DNA from: Alphaproteobacteria bacterium
Lineage (GTDB): Bacteria; Pseudomonadota; Alphaproteobacteria; Rickettsiales; SXRF01
Assembly: GCA_025362975.1 (NCBI GenBank)
Contig: JANYES010000028.1
Coordinates: forward strand, 640-64,639
Direction of reading: 5' to 3'
Length of the DNA: 64,000 bases
The translations under genes were made by a program, and so were the position numbers. This document shows positions 1-8,217 of the stretch, in pieces (the first letter of the stretch is position 1; the number at the start of each line of letters is the position of its first letter). The notes under the pieces are model-generated. The model was not told where the DNA came from. It searched no databases and saw nothing but the letters and a program-made list of their open reading frames with translations.

Positions 1-506
1 CGATTGTAGATCATGACGTGCACCACGTCTTTGCCGGGGATGGTGGCGTCGGGGTATTCGCCGTGCAGCGATTGCAATTGCGCGCGCGCGATGTCGATGC
101 TGGCAAATTTTCGGCCGGTTTCCACGGCGCGCAGCACTGGGTGGCCCCAGTTCGGATGGGCTTCGAGCTTGCGTTCTTTTTGCGGGTGCTTGGCCAGCGG
201 CACAGGAATTTTTTCCGCCGCGAGCGACCATTTCCCGGCGTTGTTTTTAATCGACAGGCGTGTGAAGTGGCCCTTGTAGCCTTCTTTCATTTCATCTTTA
301 GTGACGGAAAAACCGCTGACCCATAAACGCACAGTTGGGAATTCCATGCTGGCGCAATCGTCCTGTTCTTTGCTGCGTAAATAAGTGCTGTTGATTTTAT
401 CGAGCATCTCGCGGGCCTGCCAGTCGTGCTCATAGCGGAAATAGCCGCGCACGGCGGCGAGTATGGTCGGGTCTTCGACAGAAGCGATGCGGGGCTTTCT
501 TTCCAT
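1..506 (-). CDS. uncharacterised protein, paralog A of the ORF downstream of ppk (3' end cut by the window edge)
   Basis: Absent from the ORF track because it runs off the window. Reverse-strand ATG at 506..504 opens MERKPRIASVEDPTILAAVRGYFRYEHDW...AEKIPVPLAKHPQKERKLEAHPNWGHPVLRAVETG...TIPGKDVVHVMIYN and stays open to position 1. Roughly half the residues are identical to ORF 2854..3492. Confidence 0.7.
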   Translation of the reverse strand, partial: MERKPRIASVEDPTILAAVRGYFRYEHDWQAREMLDKINSTYLRSKEQDDCASMEFPTVRLWVSGFSVTKDEMKEGYKGHFTRLSIKNNAGKWSLAAEKIPVPLAKHPQKERKLEAHPNWGHPVLRAVETGRKFASIDIARAQLQSLHGEYPDATIPGKDVVHVMIYN

Positions 507-572
507 AGCCCTATTTTCGCAAAATACGATTAAACAATGGCTTACGAGGCGAGTTCCTCGTAAGATGTTGAA

Positions 573-2090
573 TTATTTCTTTATATAATCGAGGTAAGAT
601 TGCTTTACGCCGTCCAGGCGGCGTTTCACGGATTCGCCATTTAAATCCTGCATAGAGGCGGCGAGCTGGAGCACGGCTTCGTTTTTATCAACGATGAAGC
701 CGGATTTGTGCAGGTTGTTCGGCAGGCTTCCCGACAAATGATAAGCGAGGTTGGCGCACGAACCGACGAGGCGGGACCACTCGTAATCGGATTCTTTCAA
801 CAGCGACAGGCCGACCAGTTCGTCCTTGCGGCGGAACTGGTAGCGATGGTAAAGCGCGAGGGCGAGTTTGACGCGTTCGCGGTGGGTGAGACCAGTGAGG
901 GCGGAATATAAGATGCGGTGGTAGGACCACTCGGCGCGGTATTCAGGATGAATATGCTGGGCGATGTCGGCGAGCAGGCAGAAGGCGAGGCGCAAGCGGC
1001 GCTCGCGGTCGGATTCATTTTGCAGCAGCGGGAACATCCACGTGTATAGCTCGTTGGCGTAGGCGGTGGAGCGGCCGCCCTTGACGGCGAATTCAGTGCA
1101 GGACACTAGCAAGCCGTCCTGCGCGCGCACATACGGCGGGAGTTTTTCGTAGAGATAGCCTTCGCGGATACCGCTGGCGGAGAAGATGATATTGTCTGGG
1201 CGCGAACGGCTCAGGATATGGTCGAGCACGATGGCGGCACCCGGGAGCGCGGCGATGCGCTTGGAGGCTGAACCGGGATATTTTTCCAGCTTCTCGGGCG
1301 ACATCGATGCGATTTCGCGCACGAAGGCGAGGAAGCTTTTCGCTTCAACTTTATACTCATGCAGGATGTGGAGCGGATAGCCGTGCGCTTCCATGTGCAT
1401 TTTGGCGAGTGCGCGGAACGTGCCGCCGATGGCGTAGAAATTCGGGACTTTCTTTTCGTCGAGCCAGTCGAGATCGTTGAAGCGCTTTTCGATGATTTTC
1501 TTGAGTTTGTCGCGGTCGCCTCGGCTTTCGTCGATCATGCGTAAGCTGCCGAGTAGCAAGCTTGCGTGGTCGCGCGTTTCGCCATTATCGACTTTGACCA
1601 GCTCTAAGCTGCCGCCGCCTAAATCGCCGGTGATGCCTTGCGGTTTATAGATGGAGGCGCACACGCCGTAAGCGCCGAGCTTGGCTTCTTTCTTGCCGGT
1701 GATGATGTCGATTTCGATATCGAAGGTTTTTTCGAGATAGGCAGCGAAGGTCGCACCGTCGGAGGCGTCGCGCACCGCGGCGGTGGCCATGATATGCAGC
1801 TCGGAAATTTCCATGTTGCGGCCCATCGCGAGGAAGCGGCGCATGGCGTCTTTGGCAAGCTCGACGCCTTCGGGATTCAGCATGCCCGAGGAGGCGAGGC
1901 CTTTGCCCAGCGCGCACATGACTTTTTCATTATAGATGGAAACCGGCGCGCGCTTCTGCTGGTCGTACACTACGAGGCGGATGGAGTTGGAGCCGATGTC
2001 GATAATGCCGATGCGCCCTGTGCTGAACGATGCATCCTTAACGGATTCGCTGGCTAGCTGGCGGCTGAAATCATGTGCGTCGTCGATCAT
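573..2090 (-). CDS. ppx: exopolyphosphatase, Ppx/GppA family
   Basis: 505 aa. N-terminal IGIIDIGSNSIRLVVYD actin-fold phosphatase motif, and overall Ppx/GppA length and layout. Confidence 0.9.
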   Translation of the reverse strand: MIDDAHDFSRQLASESVKDASFSTGRIGIIDIGSNSIRLVVYDQQKRAPVSIYNEKVMCALGKGLASSGMLNPEGVELAKDAMRRFLAMGRNMEISELHIMATAAVRDASDGATFAAYLEKTFDIEIDIITGKKEAKLGAYGVCASIYKPQGITGDLGGGSLELVKVDNGETRDHASLLLGSLRMIDESRGDRDKLKKIIEKRFNDLDWLDEKKVPNFYAIGGTFRALAKMHMEAHGYPLHILHEYKVEAKSFLAFVREIASMSPEKLEKYPGSASKRIAALPGAAIVLDHILSRSRPDNIIFSASGIREGYLYEKLPPYVRAQDGLLVSCTEFAVKGGRSTAYANELYTWMFPLLQNESDRERRLRLAFCLLADIAQHIHPEYRAEWSYHRILYSALTGLTHRERVKLALALYHRYQFRRKDELVGLSLLKESDYEWSRLVGSCANLAYHLSGSLPNNLHKSGFIVDKNEAVLQLAASMQDLNGESVKRRLDGVKQSYLDYIKK

Positions 2091-2406
2091 GCGCGCACTT
2101 ATAGCAGCAATCCGCGCGGCGGCAATAGCGGCATACGCATGGGCAGTAAGAAAAAGACCATGCCTGCATGGCCGTCACGCAAATTTCATAATATAATTAC
2201 TTTAATTTAATATGTTGTAATAAATATCGCGGTTGTTCAGGCGTTTACGGCAAGCCGCGCGCATGCTATAATGAAAGGGTTCCTAGTTATTGCATGCAAA
2301 TGCCTCGCCCTTACTTTGAGGGATTAACTTGGGGACATGTTCCACAGCGCTTACGTCCATCCTCGGCTCAGCCGACAGTTAGGGATGTAAGCTGGAAGGG
2401 ATTGCC

Positions 2407-2757
2407 ATGCGCAATTTCTCTTCGTCTTCGGTCTACGCGTTCTTCCCGAACTCCTGCTTCAAGAGCGGGACCAAGGAAGCCGCCGCCGCCATCTTCGTCA
2501 CCCTGCTGGCCAGCGGTGACGACACGTTTCGCGAGGTGTCCTTCCAGGACATCGCCGAGTTCGTGAAGAGCCAGCCGGCCAACCTGTTCCCGGTCTACCA
2601 CGCCATGTGCGAGGTGGAGCCGGGCAACGTGGTCGGTGCGTTCCTCTGGATGGAACAGGAGGGATACCTCACCATCCGCCGCGATCAAGTGGCCAAACAG
2701 GCCTACCTGAGCGCGACGGAAAAGATGGTGGAGTTCTACTCCGGCTACGCGTCGTAA
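2407..2757 (+). CDS. hypothetical protein, GC3-rich compositional outlier
   Basis: 116-aa ORF with GGAAGGG 7 nt upstream of the ATG. It uses almost only C/G-ending codons (ttc, aag, gac, ctg), unlike its neighbours. No family recognised. Confidence 0.6.
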   Translation: MRNFSSSSVYAFFPNSCFKSGTKEAAAAIFVTLLASGDDTFREVSFQDIAEFVKSQPANLFPVYHAMCEVEPGNVVGAFLWMEQEGYLTIRRDQVAKQAYLSATEKMVEFYSGYAS

Positions 2758-2853
2758 CCGAAGACCTGCCCCTGAACGGACAGAACAACAACCTCGTATC
2801 TGCGCAAGCAGTGCGGGGTTTTTGTTTTTTGGGGGAATCGGCGGAAGAAAGGA

Positions 2854-3492
2854 TTATTTCTTCTTCTTGCTCGAACGCTGTTTCAACATCGCCGTGAATT
2901 TTCCCTCTTCAGGCTTATCCTTCGGCTTCGGTTTTTTCGCCTTCGGTTTTTTTAATGCCAGTCTTGCCTTGCCATTTTCCAGCGGAACAATATGCACGAT
3001 GGTTTTTTCAATCGGCGTTTCGGGCTGCTTGCGGTTGTAGACCATCACATGCAGCAAATCCTTGCCGGGGATGGTCACGTCAGGGAATTCTTCGTGCAGC
3101 ACCGTGAGCGCGTTGCGCGCCGTTGTGATCGATGCGTATTGCTTGCCGGTTTCGGCGCTGCGCAGGATGGGGTGGCCGTGGTTGGGGTGGCGTTCTTTGG
3201 GACGTTCTTTTTGCGGGTGTTTGGCAAGCGCGGTAGGAATTTTTTCAGCCCTGAGAGCGAAGCGCCCGCCGTCGATAGCGGCAATTGTAATGCGTGCGAA
3301 ATGGCCGCGATAGCCTTCGTGTTCTTCTTCGGGAGTGACGGCGAAGCCGCGAATCCACAGGCGCACGCCGCTGTCCTGTTCCTTGGAGCGAAGGTAATTC
3401 CTGGCAATGTGGTCGAGCTTGGCTTGCGCCTGTTTTTCCGAGACGAAACGGAACAACCCGCCCGCCGCCGCACCGATCAGCGGATCTTCCAC
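2854..3492 (-). CDS. uncharacterised protein, paralog B (follows ppk); lysine-rich C-terminal tail
   Basis: 212 aa from the GTG given in the track. Blocks shared with paralog A: YLRSKEQD, RLW..GF.VT, EGY.GHF, AEKIP..LAKHPQKER, HPN.GHP.LR, TIPGKD..HVM.YNR. Tail is KKPKAKKPKPKDKPEEGKFTAMLKQRSSKKKK. The true start is probably upstream, up to 3519 (see findings). Confidence 0.75.
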   Translation of the reverse strand: MEDPLIGAAAGGLFRFVSEKQAQAKLDHIARNYLRSKEQDSGVRLWIRGFAVTPEEEHEGYRGHFARITIAAIDGGRFALRAEKIPTALAKHPQKERPKERHPNHGHPILRSAETGKQYASITTARNALTVLHEEFPDVTIPGKDLLHVMVYNRKQPETPIEKTIVHIVPLENGKARLALKKPKAKKPKPKDKPEEGKFTAMLKQRSSKKKK

Positions 3493-3521
3493 CGAAGCGA
3501 TGCGGGGCTTGACGGGAATGA

Positions 3522-5720
3522 TCAGCCTCGTTTTTTGCTGGGGGTTTTGGCGGCGGGTTTGGGGCGCAGCATCTGCGAGGATTTGGCGGCTTTGAGCGAC
3601 TTGCCGCGGCCTGAAAGGCTTGGGTTATTGATGAAGTAATCATGCGCGCGCAAGGAGTCGGGACCGAAGGCGAGGCGCTTGTAGCTGCCGTCGGGCTGGA
3701 GAATCCAGCTTTGCTTTTCGTCTTTTAAATTCGCCACCATGATCTGGCCCATCACCTGCTCGTGCACGGTCGGGTTTTCGATGGGTACGATGACTTCCAC
3801 GCGCCAGTCGAAATTGCGCGGCATCCAGTCGGCGGAGCCGATATAGACTTTGGCTTGCGGCGAAGGAAGCGCGGCGCCATTGCCGAAGCAATAGATGCGC
3901 GCGTGTTCTAAAAAACGCCCGACGATGCTTTTAACGCGGATGTTTTCCGACATGCCGGGAACGCCAGGGCGCAGGCAGCAAATGCCGCGTACGACGAGTT
4001 CGATGACCACGCCCGCCTGCGAAGCTTTGTACAGCGCTTCGATGATCTGGTCGTCGACCAGCGAATTCATTTTCGCCCAGATGGCGGCGGGCTTGCCGCT
4101 TTTGGCGTTGTTCTCTTCGTTCTCGATAAGCTGGATGAGGCTTTTGCGCATGTCGCGCGGAGCGGTGATGAGTTTTTTCCAGCTGCGTGGCGGGGCGTAT
4201 CCGGTGACGAAGTTGAACAGATAGGCGGCGTCGCGGCAGATGTCCGGGTCGCAGGTGAAGAACGATAAATCAGTGTAGGCCTTGGCGGTGGCGGGATGGT
4301 AATTGCCGGTGCCGAAATGCGCGTAGGAGACGATGCGGCTGCCAGCGGCGTGGCTTTCTCGGCGAGTGACCAGCGTGATTTTGGTGTGGGTTTTGAGGGT
4401 GACGAAACCGTAGACGACCTGCACGCCGGCAGCTTCTAAATTGCGCGCCCATTTGATGTTGGCTTCTTCGTCGAAGCGGGCTTTCAGCTCTACGAGTGCG
4501 GTCACGGATTTGCCTGCCTCGGCGGCCTGAATCAGCAGGCGCGGGATCGGCGAGTCCTTGCTGGTGCGATACAGCGTTTGCTTGATGGAGACTACGTCCG
4601 GGTCTTCGGCGGCTTGCTTTAAGAACTGGATTACCACGTCGAAGGTTTCGAACGGGTGGTGAATGACGATATCCTTGGCGGCAATGGCGGCAAAACAGTC
4701 GCCGCCGAAATCGTTGATGCGTTCGGGGAACCGCACGTGGAATGGTTCAAAGCGCAGCTCTGCGGGCGCGTTTTCGGTGAGTTCGCGCAAATTACTTAAG
4801 CCCAGCAGGCCATCGACTTCGAGCACATCGTGCATGTCGACATGCATCTGGTCGCTGACGAAGTGGACAAGGCGCTTGGAGGCGGGCGCGGAGAATTTAA
4901 TCTGGATGACGCGGCCACGACGGCGTTGTTTCAGCGCGCGTTCAAAGTTGCGCACGAAATCGTCTTCGCCTTCGTCGATGTCCAGTTCGCTATCGCGCAC
5001 GATGCGGAACAGCGCGGAATCGACGCGGTGGAAGCCGGGCATCAGCGTGTTGAGGAACAGCGTGATGGCATCTTCAAGCAAAACGTACTGTACGCTCTTG
5101 CCAGGAAGCAGGATGAAGCGCTTGAGCTGCGACGGTAGCGGGATGATGGAAATCTGTTCTTTGTTGTCGGCGCCATGCGTGAGCAGGAACACAATGGCGA
5201 GCGCGAGGTTCGGCAGGAACGGGAAGGGATGCGCGGGGTCAATGGCAATCGGGGTGAGCACGGGAAAGATATTTTCGAGGAAATATTCTTCCAGCCACGC
5301 AAGGCTTGTGGCGGGCAGGTTTTCGGGCTTCACAACGCTGATGTCTTCGTCTTCGAGCATGGCGCGCAGTTCTAGCCAGCAAGTGTGCTGGCGCATAACC
5401 ATCGGGGTGGCGATGGCTTGCACGGCTTCGATTTCTTCCGTGGGCGTCATGCCGTCGAGGCTTTTTTTGGTGATGCCTTTATCGGCGTAGTCTTTAAGTC
5501 CAGCGTAACGGACCATGTAGAATTCGTCGAGGTTGGAAGCCGAAATGGACAGGAAGTTCAGCCGCTCGATAATCGGGTTTTCAGGGTTGCATGCTTCGTC
5601 CAGCACGCGGTTGTTGAAGGCCAGCCACGAAGTTTCGCGATTGATAAACCGGGCTTTACCGCTGGTGGCAGGCGTTGAGACGGGGGTAATTGCAACGAGT
5701 TCTGGCTTTTTATCGTTCAT
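3522..5720 (-). CDS. ppk: polyphosphate kinase 1
   Basis: 732 aa. FINRETSWLAFNNRVLDEA N-terminal PPK motif and two PLD-like C-terminal domains. Has a basic C-terminal extension ...KSLKAAKSSQMLRPKPAAKTPSKKRG. Confidence 0.95.
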   Translation of the reverse strand: MNDKKPELVAITPVSTPATSGKARFINRETSWLAFNNRVLDEACNPENPIIERLNFLSISASNLDEFYMVRYAGLKDYADKGITKKSLDGMTPTEEIEAVQAIATPMVMRQHTCWLELRAMLEDEDISVVKPENLPATSLAWLEEYFLENIFPVLTPIAIDPAHPFPFLPNLALAIVFLLTHGADNKEQISIIPLPSQLKRFILLPGKSVQYVLLEDAITLFLNTLMPGFHRVDSALFRIVRDSELDIDEGEDDFVRNFERALKQRRRGRVIQIKFSAPASKRLVHFVSDQMHVDMHDVLEVDGLLGLSNLRELTENAPAELRFEPFHVRFPERINDFGGDCFAAIAAKDIVIHHPFETFDVVIQFLKQAAEDPDVVSIKQTLYRTSKDSPIPRLLIQAAEAGKSVTALVELKARFDEEANIKWARNLEAAGVQVVYGFVTLKTHTKITLVTRRESHAAGSRIVSYAHFGTGNYHPATAKAYTDLSFFTCDPDICRDAAYLFNFVTGYAPPRSWKKLITAPRDMRKSLIQLIENEENNAKSGKPAAIWAKMNSLVDDQIIEALYKASQAGVVIELVVRGICCLRPGVPGMSENIRVKSIVGRFLEHARIYCFGNGAALPSPQAKVYIGSADWMPRNFDWRVEVIVPIENPTVHEQVMGQIMVANLKDEKQSWILQPDGSYKRLAFGPDSLRAHDYFINNPSLSGRGKSLKAAKSSQMLRPKPAAKTPSKKRG

Positions 5721-5819
5721 ATGATTTATATACTTGGAATAGGTTTATAGTATGTTAAAATCCCGTTTAAGCAACGAATTTATCCACTTAAAATCGGTAT
5801 CTTAAGCCGAACAGAAATT

Positions 5820-6356
5820 ATGACAGGCAGGAAAATCCTATATATTCTGCGGCATGCCAAGGCTGAAACCGGGCATGCGACGCAGGAAGACTATGAGCGC
5901 GGACTCACCGATGTGGGCGTGCAGGGCTGCGCCTTGATGGGACGATATATGGCCGCGCAAGGTGCGAATCCGCAGCTGACGTTGTGCTCCACAGCAACGC
6001 GCGCGCGCATGACATGGGACCTTGTGAAAAAATCCGCAAAGTTCGTGCCGCAGGAAACGTTTACCGACCGGCTGTATCTGGCCAGCGCCAATGAAACGCT
6101 GAACCTGCTTGCGGGTGTTAGTGAGGATTTTGAGCGGGTGATGCTGGTGGGGCATAATCCGGGGTTGCACCAGCTGTGCCTGACGCTCGCCAAGCGCGGC
6201 GAAGAGGCGCTGATCGACCGCGCCATGCTGAAATTCCCGACCTGCGCGCTTGCCGTGATCGAGCTTGGCGATATAAGCTGGCGCGAGGCGGCCTTAGCGT
6301 CGACGACGCTTGCCGGTTTCATGACCCCGCGGATTCTTTCGGAAGCGCAAGCTTAA
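5820..6356 (+). CDS. histidine phosphatase family protein (SixA-like)
   Basis: 178 aa. ILYILRHAKA (RHG-type catalytic motif) and VGHNPG. Size is typical of SixA-type phosphohistidine phosphatases. Confidence 0.75.
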   Translation: MTGRKILYILRHAKAETGHATQEDYERGLTDVGVQGCALMGRYMAAQGANPQLTLCSTATRARMTWDLVKKSAKFVPQETFTDRLYLASANETLNLLAGVSEDFERVMLVGHNPGLHQLCLTLAKRGEEALIDRAMLKFPTCALAVIELGDISWREAALASTTLAGFMTPRILSEAQA

Positions 6357-7027
6357 AGCGCGTGCTCCGACAGCAGGCCGATACGGCGGAATTTAATGCC
6401 GTCTTGTTTCATCGCATCCTGCATAAGTTTGATGCCACCTTCAACAATGACCGAATGGGCCGTTTCATTGCCCAGACCGTTATTGGCGGAAACGGTCTGG
6501 CTGGTTCCGCCGAGAGCAATCAGGGCGTCGCCTACCTGATCGGCATAATCCTTGCCGCGTTCAAACGGAACTTTGACATGCACACGCGGCGCGTGGCCGT
6601 TGACGTAGGCTTCGCTTAAGGTCGTAAAATTTGCCATCGGGCGCAGGATTTCGAGCGCTTCTTCTTTTGTCATGACATAGCCCACGTGCTCGCCGGGTTT
6701 TAAGTCGCGGCGGGCGCGGCCATAAGACATGGTGGCGGCGTTTTCTACGCGATTGGTCCACATTTCCAGCGTGGTGAGGCCGGTTTCTGGATTCGAGGTC
6801 AGGCCGCGAAAGGCTGCGCTGGCGACGATTTCGGCGGCATTCAAGCCTTGGTCCTTCAAGAAGGTGACAAGTGCGGGATGGTTCTGTGGTTTGACGACTT
6901 CACCTTGGTCGGGGTCTTGCCCGGCGTAGTGATAGCCCGGCATTTCAATGTTTAAAACGCCGCCGTCTTGATAGGCTTTAGTCGAAAGCTGGAGCAGTTT
7001 GATTGCGGTTTGTTTTTGCAGCGCCAT
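6353..7027 (-). CDS. hypothetical protein
   Basis: 224-aa ORF and last gene of the minus-strand run 9324->6353. No motif recognised. Confidence 0.7.
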   Translation of the reverse strand: MALQKQTAIKLLQLSTKAYQDGGVLNIEMPGYHYAGQDPDQGEVVKPQNHPALVTFLKDQGLNAAEIVASAAFRGLTSNPETGLTTLEMWTNRVENAATMSYGRARRDLKPGEHVGYVMTKEEALEILRPMANFTTLSEAYVNGHAPRVHVKVPFERGKDYADQVGDALIALGGTSQTVSANNGLGNETAHSVIVEGGIKLMQDAMKQDGIKFRRIGLLSEHAL

Positions 7028-7112
7028 AATATCCCCCGTTAATGTTGTGGGGAATTTTAGTTAACAGGCGTTAAACTTCAAGCAGAATTATTACGCGCGG
7101 GAAGAGGTTGAA

Positions 7113-7967
7113 TCAGCAATATTTCTGCATCTGGCCGGGCAGTTGGGCGCGGGTTGTGAGGCCCAATTCAATCAGCGCGTCGATACTGCCCACGACATGG
7201 TCGGGTACTTTGGTGCTGTCGCCATACACAATCGGGTTGCCGTTGCGATCGACATACATGCCGCCAGCGGCGCGGGTGACGGCGTCAGGCCCGGCTACGT
7301 CATAAGTGTTAAAACCGCCTACACCCATGTTGAAACCGGTAACGTCGGCGGTGCCGTCAGCCACTTTCATGGCGCGATACTGGCCGGGTTGCTGCACCTT
7401 GTTGACTTCACGGTCGCCTAAATGTTCGAGATGGGTTTCGTTAAAACCGCTGACCACTTCAACCGGATTGCGCAGCTTACCCTTTTTCACGCTAATCTGG
7501 CGGATGGGGCCTTCGCCCTTTTGGAAATAAGCGTTGCCATCCTTACCGGTGAAATACATTTCTTCTTTTTCCGGGAAATAAATGGCGCCTTCGATGGGCA
7601 CGCCGTTTTTGACGAGGCCGACATTGACGCTGTAGCCGATGTTTTTCTTTAAGTCTCCGGATTTGCCGCCGGTGTAGGCGCCGGTATTATCCAAGGGATC
7701 GGTTTCCAAGCGGATGGAATGCTTGAGCGCGTCGGCGATTTCTTCCTTGGTGCCTTCTTCGGAAAGGAATGCCACGCCGGGGAAAATTTCCGAGGCGCGT
7801 TCTTTGAGCATGCGATGCGCTTCGAGATCGGCGGGGGTGACGCGTGAGCCGTCGGATTTTTCTTCCCAGTCTTTCTTGTCGAAAATATCCTGGCGCATGG
7901 AGCGGATTTTAAGGCCAGCTTCTTTGACCATTCTGGCAAGCGGGGTGAGTTCAGTAACGGCGGGCAT
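7113..7967 (-). CDS. inositol monophosphatase / CysQ-family phosphatase, divergent
   Basis: 284 aa. SRVTPADLEAH...FLSEEG...DPLDNTGAY...YDVAGPDAV matches the IMPase-fold metal-binding motifs, with DGT replaced by DNT. GAGGAA RBS. Confidence 0.8.
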   Translation of the reverse strand: MPAVTELTPLARMVKEAGLKIRSMRQDIFDKKDWEEKSDGSRVTPADLEAHRMLKERASEIFPGVAFLSEEGTKEEIADALKHSIRLETDPLDNTGAYTGGKSGDLKKNIGYSVNVGLVKNGVPIEGAIYFPEKEEMYFTGKDGNAYFQKGEGPIRQISVKKGKLRNPVEVVSGFNETHLEHLGDREVNKVQQPGQYRAMKVADGTADVTGFNMGVGGFNTYDVAGPDAVTRAAGGMYVDRNGNPIVYGDSTKVPDHVVGSIDALIELGLTTRAQLPGQMQKYC

Positions 7968-7976
7968 AGGTTTTCC

Positions 7977-8213
7977 TCAGGCGTTAAATTGGCATCCGTA
8001 TTCTTTAACCAGTCTATCACGGATGTTTTCGGGAAGCACAGCGCCAAATCCACTGGCGATAACCTGCGAATATTTCTGGATATCCCGCACAATCGCCTTA
8101 GCGCCAAGCAGGAGTTTCAGCTTTTCCGCTGAGCACAAAAGCACGTAAAAGCAGGGTCTGCCGAACATATCTTTGCTGCGCATGCCGAGGCGTGAAAAAT
8201 GCGATGCTGTCAT
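7977..8213 (-). CDS. small hypothetical protein (78 aa)
   Basis: ATG at 8213 lies 5 nt after the upstream stop, and the stop lies 9 nt before the next start. The ORF therefore exactly fills a 250-nt gap inside the operon. The track's longer 7977..8375 version overlaps the upstream gene. Confidence 0.4.
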   Translation of the reverse strand: MTASHFSRLGMRSKDMFGRPCFYVLLCSAEKLKLLLGAKAIVRDIQKYSQVIASGFGAVLPENIRDRLVKEYGCQFNA

Positions 8214-8217
8214 GATA

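Noticed and set aside
2368-2688. A minus-strand 106-aa ORF overlapping ORF 2407..2757.
   Set aside because: The plus-strand frame has the RBS and a strong, consistent third-position G/C periodicity. The minus-strand frame is its shadow.
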